Below, piece by piece: positions 26,532 to 36,490 of a DNA stretch of 53,101 bases; position 1 is the stretch's first letter; the number at the start of each line of letters is the position of its first letter. Position numbers and translations under genes: made by a program. Source of the DNA: Flavobacteriales bacterium (GTDB lineage: Bacteria > Bacteroidota > Bacteroidia > CAIKAF01); the NCBI GenBank assembly GCA_040376605.1, contig JBEIQI010000002.1, positions 1-53,101 of the forward strand, in the 5' to 3' direction. The notes below the pieces were generated by a model that was not told where the DNA came from, searched no databases, and was given only the letters and a program-made list of their open reading frames with translations.

Positions 26532-27917
26532 ATGAAGAGCGAAAGATCCTCCACTTATCACCACTTAAAAGCCCTACTGGTCGCATTTTTATTGGTGATC
26601 ACCACAGCCCAATCATGGGCAGCCGGTAATCCGGATAACGGAAAAACCTTATTTAAAGCTAACTGTGCCCGTTGCCACTACATAACCGACCAGAAATTTG
26701 TTGGTCCCGGTTTGGCAGGCGTTAAAGGTCGTTGGTCCGATGAGGCAAATCTGGTTAAATGGATTAAGAATTCTGCGGATTTCTTAAAAACAGGAGATAA
26801 GTATGCCAACGATTTGTTTGCTGCTTATAATGGTTCGGCCATGCCTGCCTTTAGTTTAAAAGACGAGGAAATTGCAGACATTCTTGCATATATCGAAACG
26901 CCTCCGGTTGATCCCGGGATTAAAGACACTACTCAAGCAGGCGGCGGTGCAGGTGGCGGTGCAGGTAAAGGGACCAATAAAAATTTGGTACTTATCATAT
27001 TAATTGTTGCAGCCATTGTTTTATTGGTAGTGGCTCGTGCATTAAGTAATGTAAGCCGATCAATCGATAATTTAAGTCGCAAACAAGCTGGTGAAGATTT
27101 ACATCCAGAAAGAAAACCTTTTGACTTTTTTACCAATATCTGGAAGTGGTTGGGTAACCATAAAAAATTCGCTTTATTACTTGGTATAATAGCCAGTTCA
27201 TGGTTGGCTTATGAAGCTTTTGTTGGATTAAGTGGAATTGGGGTTTACCAAGGTTATAAGCCGCAGCAAACCATTAAATTTTCTCACGTTACCCATGCCA
27301 AACAAAATGGGATCGATTGTAAATATTGTCATTCAACGGTAGAAAAATCTCGTCATGCTAGTATTCCTTCTTCGAATGTTTGTATGAACTGTCACAAGGC
27401 AGTTAACAACGGGCCGAAAACAAAACGTGCAGAGATCACTAAAATTTATGCAGCGATTGGATGGAACCCTGTTGATTTGAAATACTTTGATAACTATGCT
27501 TCGATGAAGAAAGAAGATGTGGAAAAGGTATTTAAAGAATGGTTGGTTGATGAACCAGGTGCATTTGAACCGGTAAAAAATCAAATTCAACAACCAGTAA
27601 AATGGACTCAGGTGCATGTTTTACCTGATCACGTATTCTTTAGCCATCAACAACACGTGAAAGTTGGTAAAGTAGAATGCGCCGAATGTCACGGAAAAGT
27701 TGAAGAAATGGAAGAGGTTCAGCAATTAGCTCCACTTACCATGGGATGGTGTATTAATTGCCATAGAAAAACGGAAGTTCAATTTGCCAGCAATGGTTAT
27801 TACGATAGGTTACATACTTATTATAAAGAACATTATGGTGAGTATGAAATGAAAAAAGGACAGGCCTTTACCGTTGAAAAAATCGGTGGTTTAGAATGTT
27901 CAAAATGTCATTATTAA
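26532..27917 (+). CDS. actA: Alternative complex III subunit ActA (pentahaem cytochrome c) with an extra N-terminal monohaem cytochrome c domain
   Basis: Six CXXCH motifs: CARCH, CKYCH, CMNCH, CAECH, CINCH and CSKCH. The first lies in a class-I-like domain, separated from the rest by a Gly-rich linker and a TM helix. Confidence 0.85.
   Translation: MKSERSSTYHHLKALLVAFLLVITTAQSWAAGNPDNGKTLFKANCARCHYITDQKFVGPGLAGVKGRWSDEANLVKWIKNSADFLKTGDKYANDLFAAYNGSAMPAFSLKDEEIADILAYIETPPVDPGIKDTTQAGGGAGGGAGKGTNKNLVLIILIVAAIVLLVVARALSNVSRSIDNLSRKQAGEDLHPERKPFDFFTNIWKWLGNHKKFALLLGIIASSWLAYEAFVGLSGIGVYQGYKPQQTIKFSHVTHAKQNGIDCKYCHSTVEKSRHASIPSSNVCMNCHKAVNNGPKTKRAEITKIYAAIGWNPVDLKYFDNYASMKKEDVEKVFKEWLVDEPGAFEPVKNQIQQPVKWTQVHVLPDHVFFSHQQHVKVGKVECAECHGKVEEMEEVQQLAPLTMGWCINCHRKTEVQFASNGYYDRLHTYYKEHYGEYEMKKGQAFTVEKIGGLECSKCHY
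26937..26966 (+). repeat. 12-nt tandem repeat (2.5 copies) encoding the AGGGAGGGAG linker of ActA
   Basis: gcaggcggcggt / gcaggtggcggt / gcaggt, read directly from the sequence. Confidence 0.7.
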
Positions 27918-27951
27918 TTAATTAAAATAACATCCATAAGGATCAAATCAT

Positions 27952-30900
27952 ATGAGTAACAACAAAGTTTACTGGAAAGGTTTCGAAGAACTGGAAAATG
28001 ATGCAGAGTTCCTTAAGAATAAGGAAAAAGAGTTTGTTCACGACTTGCCAATGGATGAATTCCTGGCGGATGAAAAAACGGCTACATCTAATACAAACCG
28101 TAGAGATTTCTTGAAATTTTTAGGTTTCAGCGTTACCGCTGCTACCCTAGCGGCTTGCGAAACCCCAATTAAAAAAGCTATCCCATACGTAATCAAACCT
28201 GAAACGGTTACCCCTGGTGTTGCTAATTACTTTGCATCAGCCTATTATGATGGAAGTGATTTTTATGGTGTTTTGGTAAAAACCCGTGAAGGTCGTCCTA
28301 TTAAAATTGATGGCAATAAATTATGCCATGTAACGAAGGGAGCAACTAATGCAAGAACTCAAGCCTCTGTTTTGTCGTTATATGATAATAAGCGTGCTAA
28401 ATCTCCAATGAAGGACGGTGCCCCAATAACTTGGGAAGCTGCCGATACAGAGATCAATCAGAAGTTAACTGATATTGCTACCAAAGGTGGTAAAATCGTT
28501 ATCCTTTCAAATACTGTTGTTAGTCCTTCTACCAATTCGGTGATTAAGGATTTTACTACAAAGTTTACCAACGTACAACATATACAATATGATGCCGTGT
28601 CTTATTCTGCAATAAGAGAAGCGAACCAAGCATCATTTGGAAAATCTGTTATTCCAGGATATCATTTTGATAAAGCATTAGCGGTAGTATCGTTTGGTGC
28701 TGACTTTTTGAATGGATGGTTGATGAGTGGTGTTTACGAAAAACAATATGTTGTTAATCGTAAACCTGAAGCTGGTGTAATGAGTCGTCATTTCCAATTT
28801 GAAGCGATCATGTCTTTAGCTGGTTCAAATGCTGACTATAGAACCATGGTAAAACCATCTGAGCTAGGGGTTGGATTAATTGCTCTTTACAACTATATCG
28901 CTGCAAAATCAGGCAAGCCTACTGTTAGTGGTAGTAAAGTAGATTTTGAAAAAGAAATCGCTGCTGCAGGTGATTATTTATTAGCCAACAAAGGAAAGGC
29001 TTTAGTAGTTTGTGGGTTGAATGATGTAAATGCTCAATTGATTACCAATAGTATCAATGATATGTTAGGTGCTTATGGTAACACCATAAATTTAGATCAT
29101 TCAGTTAATTTATATCAAGGTCAGGATAACGAAGTAATGGGTTTAATGAAAGGTTTAGCAGATAAAACTGTTAAAGCGGTGATCCTTTACGGTACCAATC
29201 CGGCTTATACCTTACCTAACGGAGAAGAATTTAATAAAGCATTAGCGAATGCTGAATTATCAGTTTCATTTGGTGATCGCTTAGAAGAAACGAAAGTTCA
29301 ATATTTATGTCCAGACCATAACTATCTGGAAAGTTGGAATGATTATAGTCCGGTGGCGGGTCATTATGTGATTCAACAACCAACTATTCATCCTCTTTTT
29401 GATACCAGATCAGCTCAAGAGAGTTTATTGGTTTGGGCTGGATTTGCTAACAGATCTAATAAAACCGGTAACGGTTATAGAGAATATATCAAGGCCTATT
29501 GGAAGACCAATTTATTTGCCGGTTCTGGCTATTTAACTTTCGATGAGTTTTGGAATACAACTTTGCATGATGGTTGTTTTGCTTCTGGTGGACATCCGGT
29601 TGTAACCGAAGTGCATCCTAATGTGGATCAATCCAGCCATGGAGGAGAAACTACCACTGAAACAGTAGTTGAAACAACCACCGTAGTTAGCGGTAATCTT
29701 GGTGATGCTGCTGCAAAAATGGTGGAGATGCAAAAAGCCAGCAAAAGTTGGGAAGTAGTATTATACGAAAAAGTGGGAATGGGTACCGGTACTCAATTTG
29801 CCAATCCAATTTTACAAGAATTACCAGATCCTATTACAAGAGTTGTTTGGGATAACTATATCACCATGTCTCCTGAAGATATGGATAAGCCAGAGTTTAA
29901 GTTCAATAAAATGATGGGTGAAATGCAATGGGCAAGTTTTGCAACAGTTTCTGTAAACAAAACTTCTGTTGATTTACCAGTAGTTGCTGTACCAGGTCAA
30001 AAACCAGGTACTATTGGAATTGCTTTAGGTTATGGTAAGGTTTTTGGCAAGAATTTAGCCGTTTTCGGTAACAATAGCGATGATACCATAGGTAAGAATG
30101 CTTATCCGTTAATGAGCACTTCTGGTAATTATTTAATTAATGTTGCTTTAAATGCGAATGTTGTAAAAACTGAAAAGCAACCTAAATTTAAATTAGCAAG
30201 CACACAAACTCATCATACCATGATGGGCCGTGACATCATTAAGGAAACTTCTTTAAAGGAATACAAGATCAATCCAAGATCTGGTAATCCAAAGAAGACC
30301 ATGCATACCAATGTGAAAGATTTGGCTCCACATGGACATACCGATATTGATAAAATCGATTATTGGAAAGATTTTAAAATGATTAATCACCGTTGGGGAT
30401 TGTCTATTGATTTAAATTCTTGTACTGGTTGTGGTGCTTGTGTGGTTGCTTGTCATGTTGAAAATAACGTACCGGTTGTAGGTAAAAGAGAGGTTCACGT
30501 TTCTCGTGATATGCACTGGTTACGTATCGACCGTTATTATACTTCTGATGCTGATGATACCTTCCGTTACGAAAGTGGTATCTATAATATCAAACAGGCG
30601 AAGGATATGGAAACTCCTGGAAAAAATCCAAGAGTGGCATATCAGCCAATTATGTGTCAGCATTGTAACCATGCTCCTTGCGAAACAGTATGTCCGGTAT
30701 TAGCTACCACTCATAGTACTGAGGGCTTAAACCAAATGACATATAATCGTTGTGTTGGAACTCGTTACTGTGCAAATAACTGTCCATATAAAGTACGTCG
30801 TTTCAATTGGTTTAAATACAATGAGAATGAGAAGTTTGATTTCTATATGAATGATGACTTAGGTAAAATGGTATTAAATCCAGATGTTACTGTTCGTGCT

Positions 30901-31284
30901 CGTGGAGTAATGGAAAAATGTAGCATGTGTGTTCAAAGAATTCAATCTGGCAAATTAGAGGCTAAGAAAGAATCAAGAATGGTAAATGATGGAGAGATTC
31001 AAACGGCTTGTTCTGATGCTTGTCCTACAAATGCCATCATCTTTGGAGACTACAATGATGCTAAGAGTAAGATTCATGAAATGGAAAATTCTAATGAAAG
31101 ATCTTATAAATTATTAGAAGAGATTGGAATTAAGCCAAACGTAATCTATCAAACCAAAGTGAGAAATGTTGAAGAAGAATATAAACATTTCGAAGAAGCG
31201 CTTCATGAAGGTGGGGAAGATCATGGTGGTGAACACCAGGAAGAAAAACATGAAAGTGGTTCTGAAGAACACGGAGGTCATTAA
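27952..31284 (+). CDS. actB: Alternative complex III subunit ActB (Tat-exported molybdopterin-oxidoreductase-like domain fused to a 4Fe-4S ferredoxin domain)
   Basis: 1110 aa with twin-arginine motif NRRDFLKFLG and cysteine clusters CTGCGACVVAC, CQHCNHAPCETVCP and CVGTRYCANNCPY. The C-terminal tail is His/Glu-rich. Confidence 0.9.
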   Translation: MSNNKVYWKGFEELENDAEFLKNKEKEFVHDLPMDEFLADEKTATSNTNRRDFLKFLGFSVTAATLAACETPIKKAIPYVIKPETVTPGVANYFASAYYDGSDFYGVLVKTREGRPIKIDGNKLCHVTKGATNARTQASVLSLYDNKRAKSPMKDGAPITWEAADTEINQKLTDIATKGGKIVILSNTVVSPSTNSVIKDFTTKFTNVQHIQYDAVSYSAIREANQASFGKSVIPGYHFDKALAVVSFGADFLNGWLMSGVYEKQYVVNRKPEAGVMSRHFQFEAIMSLAGSNADYRTMVKPSELGVGLIALYNYIAAKSGKPTVSGSKVDFEKEIAAAGDYLLANKGKALVVCGLNDVNAQLITNSINDMLGAYGNTINLDHSVNLYQGQDNEVMGLMKGLADKTVKAVILYGTNPAYTLPNGEEFNKALANAELSVSFGDRLEETKVQYLCPDHNYLESWNDYSPVAGHYVIQQPTIHPLFDTRSAQESLLVWAGFANRSNKTGNGYREYIKAYWKTNLFAGSGYLTFDEFWNTTLHDGCFASGGHPVVTEVHPNVDQSSHGGETTTETVVETTTVVSGNLGDAAAKMVEMQKASKSWEVVLYEKVGMGTGTQFANPILQELPDPITRVVWDNYITMSPEDMDKPEFKFNKMMGEMQWASFATVSVNKTSVDLPVVAVPGQKPGTIGIALGYGKVFGKNLAVFGNNSDDTIGKNAYPLMSTSGNYLINVALNANVVKTEKQPKFKLASTQTHHTMMGRDIIKETSLKEYKINPRSGNPKKTMHTNVKDLAPHGHTDIDKIDYWKDFKMINHRWGLSIDLNSCTGCGACVVACHVENNVPVVGKREVHVSRDMHWLRIDRYYTSDADDTFRYESGIYNIKQAKDMETPGKNPRVAYQPIMCQHCNHAPCETVCPVLATTHSTEGLNQMTYNRCVGTRYCANNCPYKVRRFNWFKYNENEKFDFYMNDDLGKMVLNPDVTVRARGVMEKCSMCVQRIQSGKLEAKKESRMVNDGEIQTACSDACPTNAIIFGDYNDAKSKIHEMENSNERSYKLLEEIGIKPNVIYQTKVRNVEEEYKHFEEALHEGGEDHGGEHQEEKHESGSEEHGGH

Positions 31285-31318
31285 TAATATATTGAATATT
31301 TAAAAGCTTAAGAGCATT

Positions 31319-32725
31319 ATGAATATAGAGTCGCCAATTAGAGAACCGTTAATCCTGGGAGACAAAACGTATCACCAGATTACTGAGGATATCGTAAAAC
31401 CAATCGAGGGAAGAGCCAATAAAATGTGGTACCTTGTATTTACGATTTCTGCCATGTGTGCTTTGTGGGGAATAGGATTGATTTTCTATACCTTCGGAAC
31501 AGGTATCGGGGTATGGGGATTAAATAAAACAGTAGGATGGGCATGGGATATCACTAACTTCGTTTGGTGGGTGGGTATTGGTCACGCCGGTACGCTTATT
31601 TCTGCGGTACTTTTGCTGTTCCGTCAAAAATGGAGAATGGCAATCAACCGTTCTGCAGAGGCGATGACAATTTTTGCGGTAATTTGTGCTGCTACTTTCC
31701 CGGGGATTCACGTAGGTCGTGTTTGGGTTGTATATTGGTTTTTCCCATTACCAAATCAATTCGGATCTTTATGGGTTAACTTTAACTCACCTCTTCTTTG
31801 GGACCTTTTTGCGATCTCAACGTATTTCTCTGTATCATTAGGTTTCTGGTATATTGGTTTAATTCCTGACTTTGCAACGGTTCGTGATCGTCAGGTAATT
31901 CCATTTATGAGAAAAATTTATAGAATTGTAAGTTTTGGATGGAGTGGAAACGTTAAACAATGGCAACGTTTTGAAGAGGTATCCTTAGTATTAGCTGGTT
32001 TATCAACTCCACTGGTACTTTCGGTACACACCATTGTATCCATGGACTTTGCTACTTCTATTGTACCTGGTTGGCATACAACCATTTTCCCGCCATATTT
32101 CGTTGCTGGGGCGATCTTCTCAGGATTTGCGATGGTGGCTACCTTGTTGATCATTATGAGAAAAGTATTGAATTTACAAGAATATATTACCATTAATCAC
32201 CTTGAATCCATGAACAAAATCGTGATGGTAACAGGATCCATTGTTGGGGTTGCTTATATTACCGAGTTAGTAATTGCTTGGTATTCCGGTGTTCAATACG
32301 AACATTATGCATTCTTAAATCGTGCAACCGGTCCATATTGGTGGGCATATTGGAGTATGATGAGTTGCAACGTTATTAGTCCACAATTATTCTGGTTCAG
32401 AAAAATTAGAAGAAGTTTGATGTGGTCTTTCTTCTTGTCTATTATCGTAAATATTGGTATGTGGTTCGAACGTTTCGTAATCATTGTAACCTCATTGCAT
32501 AGAGATTTCCTTCCTTCAAGCTGGACTATGTTTTATCCAACATGGGTGGACGTGGGAATTTTCATTGGAACTTTAGGAATCTTCTTTACACTTTATTTAT
32601 TATTCTCAAGATCATTCCCAGTAATTGCTATCGCTGAAACCAAGTCAATTTTAAAACAAAGCGGCGATGCTTGGAAGAAGAGAACCGAAAATGATTACGA
32701 TAAAGTAGCTGAACATCATCATTAA
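31319..32725 (+). CDS. actC: Alternative complex III subunit ActC (NrfD/PsrC-like quinol-interacting membrane protein)
   Basis: 468-aa polytopic membrane protein immediately after actB, as expected for the conserved operon position. Confidence 0.85.
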   Translation: MNIESPIREPLILGDKTYHQITEDIVKPIEGRANKMWYLVFTISAMCALWGIGLIFYTFGTGIGVWGLNKTVGWAWDITNFVWWVGIGHAGTLISAVLLLFRQKWRMAINRSAEAMTIFAVICAATFPGIHVGRVWVVYWFFPLPNQFGSLWVNFNSPLLWDLFAISTYFSVSLGFWYIGLIPDFATVRDRQVIPFMRKIYRIVSFGWSGNVKQWQRFEEVSLVLAGLSTPLVLSVHTIVSMDFATSIVPGWHTTIFPPYFVAGAIFSGFAMVATLLIIMRKVLNLQEYITINHLESMNKIVMVTGSIVGVAYITELVIAWYSGVQYEHYAFLNRATGPYWWAYWSMMSCNVISPQLFWFRKIRRSLMWSFFLSIIVNIGMWFERFVIIVTSLHRDFLPSSWTMFYPTWVDVGIFIGTLGIFFTLYLLFSRSFPVIAIAETKSILKQSGDAWKKRTENDYDKVAEHHH

Positions 32726-32745
32726 TATTCCATATAGCTGAAAAT

Positions 32746-33303
32746 ATGAGCAAAAAGGGAAATAGTAAAACAATCTTAGCGGTCTATAATGATCCGGATG
32801 AGGCATATGCTGGCGCACAGGCGTTGGTTGGAAAAGGAATAAAAATTCGCGAAATATATTCGCCATTTCCTATCCATGGAATTGATAAGGTATTAAAAGT
32901 TAAACCTACAAGGGTTTCAACCATTGCATTTTTCTATGGTGCAAGCGGAACTTCACTTGCCTTATTAATGATTTGGTATATGAATATTTCTGATTGGGCG
33001 ATGGATATTGGTGGTAAACCAAGTTTTTCATTAACTCAGAATATACCGGCATTTATTCCAGTTACTTTTGAGGTAACGGTATTATGTGCTTCGCACTTAA
33101 TGAATTTTACCTTCTTGTTTACGTCAAGATTATTTCCTGGATTAAAAAATATGAATCCTGATCCAAGATCTACTGATGATAAATTCGTAATGGAAATTGT
33201 ATTGGATGATAACCATAAAATGTCAGCAGATGATATTAAAGGTGCCTTACAAGAAACTAAAGTGACCGAAGTAAACGATTCTCAATTATTATATAAAGAC
33301 TAA
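32746..33303 (+). CDS. actD: Alternative complex III subunit ActD (DUF3341-type)
   Basis: 185 aa with a soluble N-terminal domain and two TM helices. Assigned mainly by operon position. Confidence 0.75.
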   Translation: MSKKGNSKTILAVYNDPDEAYAGAQALVGKGIKIREIYSPFPIHGIDKVLKVKPTRVSTIAFFYGASGTSLALLMIWYMNISDWAMDIGGKPSFSLTQNIPAFIPVTFEVTVLCASHLMNFTFLFTSRLFPGLKNMNPDPRSTDDKFVMEIVLDDNHKMSADDIKGALQETKVTEVNDSQLLYKD

Positions 33304-33316
33304 TTCATCCAGTTAC

Positions 33317-33976
33317 ATGAAGATGAAAAAATTAAATATAAGTTTTATCGCGATCGCAGCAGGAATGATTTTGCTGTCCTCATGCAGTAAGGATAAAAAT
33401 AGCCCCGGATATGAGTACATGGGCCAAACGGATATGTACAGAAGTCCATCATACAAAGCCTTCGAATCAAATCCAGTTTTTGAGAATGGCCTTACTATGC
33501 AAAATCAAGTTGAAGGAACTATTCCTCATTCTGCAGACAGGGAAAAAATGATTAATTATTTCCCATTTGCTTATGCAAATACTCCTGCAGGAAGAGATTC
33601 TGCCATTGCTTACTTAAAGAATCCTTTAGCGAAAACTGAAGAGAACTTGAAGCAAGGTGAATATAATTATGGAATTTATTGTGCTGCTTGTCATGGTAAA
33701 AAAGGAATGGGTGATGGACCAGTAGTGACTTTGCTTGCCAAAAGAGATAATATGGGCTTGTTACCACCTGCTTATAATTCTGAGGCTTTAAAAAATGCTA
33801 CTGAAGGTCAGATTTATTATGCTACCCAATATGGTAGAAATAATATGGGGTCATATGCTTCTCAATTAAGCGCCTATGAAAGATGGCAGGTTACCATGTT
33901 TGTTCAAACCTTACAAGGGGGTGGAGCTCCGGCTGATTCTTCAAGTGCTCCTGCAGATACATTAGCAAAAAAATAA
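33317..33976 (+). CDS. actE: Alternative complex III subunit ActE (monohaem cytochrome c lipoprotein)
   Basis: 219 aa with lipobox LLSSC and a single CAACH motif. Confidence 0.8.
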   Translation: MKMKKLNISFIAIAAGMILLSSCSKDKNSPGYEYMGQTDMYRSPSYKAFESNPVFENGLTMQNQVEGTIPHSADREKMINYFPFAYANTPAGRDSAIAYLKNPLAKTEENLKQGEYNYGIYCAACHGKKGMGDGPVVTLLAKRDNMGLLPPAYNSEALKNATEGQIYYATQYGRNNMGSYASQLSAYERWQVTMFVQTLQGGGAPADSSSAPADTLAKK

Positions 33977-33997
33977 TTAGATTAAAAAGCATTCAAG

Positions 33998-35182
33998 ATG
34001 AACTATACATTCGGCGGAAAAACAAAGATTTTAAGCATCGTCCTGATGGTTGTTGGGTTAGCCGCAATCATATATGGTGCCGTAGCTACACCTGAAAGAT
34101 TATTACCTAATTTATTATTGAATGGTTTTCTTTTTACAGCCATTGCAATAGCGGGCACCGTATTCGTTGCCGTGCATTATGCCGGACAAGGAGGTTGGTA
34201 TACTGCCGTTAAAAGGGTGCCTGAGGCTTTTACTTCGTTCTTACCAATCGGTATGATCGTTTTATTGGGTTTAATTTGTTTTGATATGTTCTCAACAAGC
34301 GAAACCTTTAAAATTTGGGAATGGATGAATCCTGAATTTCAAGAATCGGATCGAGTTTATAAAAATTCTGGAAAAGCCGCTTGGTTAAGTAATGGTTTCT
34401 ATATAGCTCGTATGATTGGTTATATGGCTATCTGGATTGGATTTTCATTTTACTTAAGAAAATTATCTCGTCAAGAAGATGTTATTGGCGGGGTTGGTAA
34501 TCACAGAAAATCCATGATTGCCAGTTCTATTTTCTTGGTTTTATTTGGGGTAACTTCTTCCACATCTGCTTGGGACTGGTTAATGTCTATTGATGTTCAT
34601 TGGTTCTCTACTTTATTTGGATGGTATGTTTTCGCTGGTTTATTTGTTAGTGGAATTTGTATGATTACGCTCATCGTATTGCATCTGAAACGTCAAGGAT
34701 TAATGCCTTGGGTTAATGAGAATCACGTTCACGACTTAACTAAATTCATGTTCGGGATAAGTATTTTCTGGACCTACCTATGGTTTTCACAATATATGTT
34801 GATTTGGTATTCTAATATTCCTGAAGAGATTAATTATTTCCTTGAGAGATTTAATACCAATTATCGATACATTACCTTAACTGCCTTGATCCTTAACTTC
34901 GTGTTCCCATTATTGGTTTTAATGCACAGATATGCTAAACGTAGTTTCGGTTTGGTAACATTTGCAGCGTGTATCATTATTTTCGGTCATTATCTGGATT
35001 TATTTCAAATAATAATGCCTGGTACCGTTAAAGATAAATGGGCAATAGGATTTACTGAATTAGGAATGTTTGCTGGGTTTATAGGTTTGTTCTTGTTTGT
35101 AGTGCTTGGAGCATTAAGTAAACATGCACTTGTCCCTAAAAATCATCCATTCCTTAATGAAGCAAAACAACATCATATTTAA
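33998..35182 (+). CDS. actF: Alternative complex III subunit ActF (second NrfD-like membrane subunit)
   Basis: 394-aa polytopic membrane protein in the operon position after actE. Confidence 0.75.
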   Translation: MNYTFGGKTKILSIVLMVVGLAAIIYGAVATPERLLPNLLLNGFLFTAIAIAGTVFVAVHYAGQGGWYTAVKRVPEAFTSFLPIGMIVLLGLICFDMFSTSETFKIWEWMNPEFQESDRVYKNSGKAAWLSNGFYIARMIGYMAIWIGFSFYLRKLSRQEDVIGGVGNHRKSMIASSIFLVLFGVTSSTSAWDWLMSIDVHWFSTLFGWYVFAGLFVSGICMITLIVLHLKRQGLMPWVNENHVHDLTKFMFGISIFWTYLWFSQYMLIWYSNIPEEINYFLERFNTNYRYITLTALILNFVFPLLVLMHRYAKRSFGLVTFAACIIIFGHYLDLFQIIMPGTVKDKWAIGFTELGMFAGFIGLFLFVVLGALSKHALVPKNHPFLNEAKQHHI

Positions 35183-35207
35183 TATTGATATTTAAAATTA
35201 TAGAGAG

Positions 35208-36458
35208 ATGTACATGAATATTCTTTTATTATTGGTTATACTCCTTACAATTTTCACCTGCTTTAGGTTGATGAAGGTATTTGATTTGGCCGCCAAACTA
35301 AGAGGAAGAGAACCTTACGAAATTAGCGAAACAGAGAATAATATCAATGCCTTGCTGATGTTGTTTTCTGTGGTAGGTCTTTCGAGCATGTTTTTCTATT
35401 TGAACAGCAACTTCTATGATCCTTCGACATTTTTACCCAATGCCTCTAAGCATGGTATTGAAGTTGACAAACTTTTAAAAATCAACTTTATAGTAATTAG
35501 CATTGCCTTCTTATTATGTCAAGTCTTATTATCATGGTTTGCTTATAAATATCGTTATAACAAAAAGCGTCGCGCTACTCACTTTGCACATAGCACCAAA
35601 TTGGAGTTGATCTGGACCATCTTACCAGCGGTTGTTTTAGTATTCTTAATTGGAAAAGGTCTTATCGTTTGGAATCTTCAAATGTGGCCAGAAAATGACC
35701 CGAATAAATTAACCATAGAAATTTATTCACGTCAATTTGATTGGACTGCACGTTTTGCCGGAGATGATAAAACTCTAGGTGATGCTAACTTTACCATGAT
35801 TGCTGATGATAATATTTTGGGAGTAATTACCCCAGAAACCATCGATAAGCAATTGGTAAAATGTCAAAAGGATTTGAAAGAGTTGGATTCCTTATTGAAA
35901 TACTCTTTCCCTAATGAAAAGAAATATAAGGATCTAAAAAAGGCAAGACGCCGCAAGAATTTCCAAATACAGCGAGTTATTGAGTTTAAAAATAAATCTA
36001 AAGATACCGAGTACAAAACCGGATATGATGATGTTGTTCTTCAGCAAGAAATTCATATCCCGGTTGACAGAACAATTGAATTATTGTTCCGTTCTCAGGA
36101 TGTAATCCACGCGGCTTACTTCCCACACTTTAGAGTGCAAATGTACACAGTGCCTGGAGTTCAAACCAAGTTTACTTTTGTGCCAATTGTTACCACTGCA
36201 GCTATGAGAGCTAAATTGGGCAAACCTACTTTTGATTACATTTTATATTGTAACAACATTTGTGGAGCGGCTCACTTTAACATGCAAATGAAAATTGTAG
36301 TTGATACCCCAGAAGATTATGCTAAGTGGATGAAGGAACAAAAAACATTTAGAGCTAGCTTATTTCCTGAAGAAATAATAGAAGTAAAAGATTCTGCTAC
36401 TGCAACGGTGGATACCTTAAAGGTTGATTCAAATGCGGCATTAGCCAACGGTAAATAA
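35208..36458 (+). CDS. ctaC: Cytochrome c oxidase subunit II
   Basis: 416 aa with two TM helices. CuA ligands are present: DVIHAAYFPHF and CNNICGAAHFNM (C-x3-C-x3-H-x2-M). Confidence 0.85.
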   Translation: MYMNILLLLVILLTIFTCFRLMKVFDLAAKLRGREPYEISETENNINALLMLFSVVGLSSMFFYLNSNFYDPSTFLPNASKHGIEVDKLLKINFIVISIAFLLCQVLLSWFAYKYRYNKKRRATHFAHSTKLELIWTILPAVVLVFLIGKGLIVWNLQMWPENDPNKLTIEIYSRQFDWTARFAGDDKTLGDANFTMIADDNILGVITPETIDKQLVKCQKDLKELDSLLKYSFPNEKKYKDLKKARRRKNFQIQRVIEFKNKSKDTEYKTGYDDVVLQQEIHIPVDRTIELLFRSQDVIHAAYFPHFRVQMYTVPGVQTKFTFVPIVTTAAMRAKLGKPTFDYILYCNNICGAAHFNMQMKIVVDTPEDYAKWMKEQKTFRASLFPEEIIEVKDSATATVDTLKVDSNAALANGK

Positions 36459-36490
36459 TTTATAATAACAGGTAGATAAAAGATATCAAT

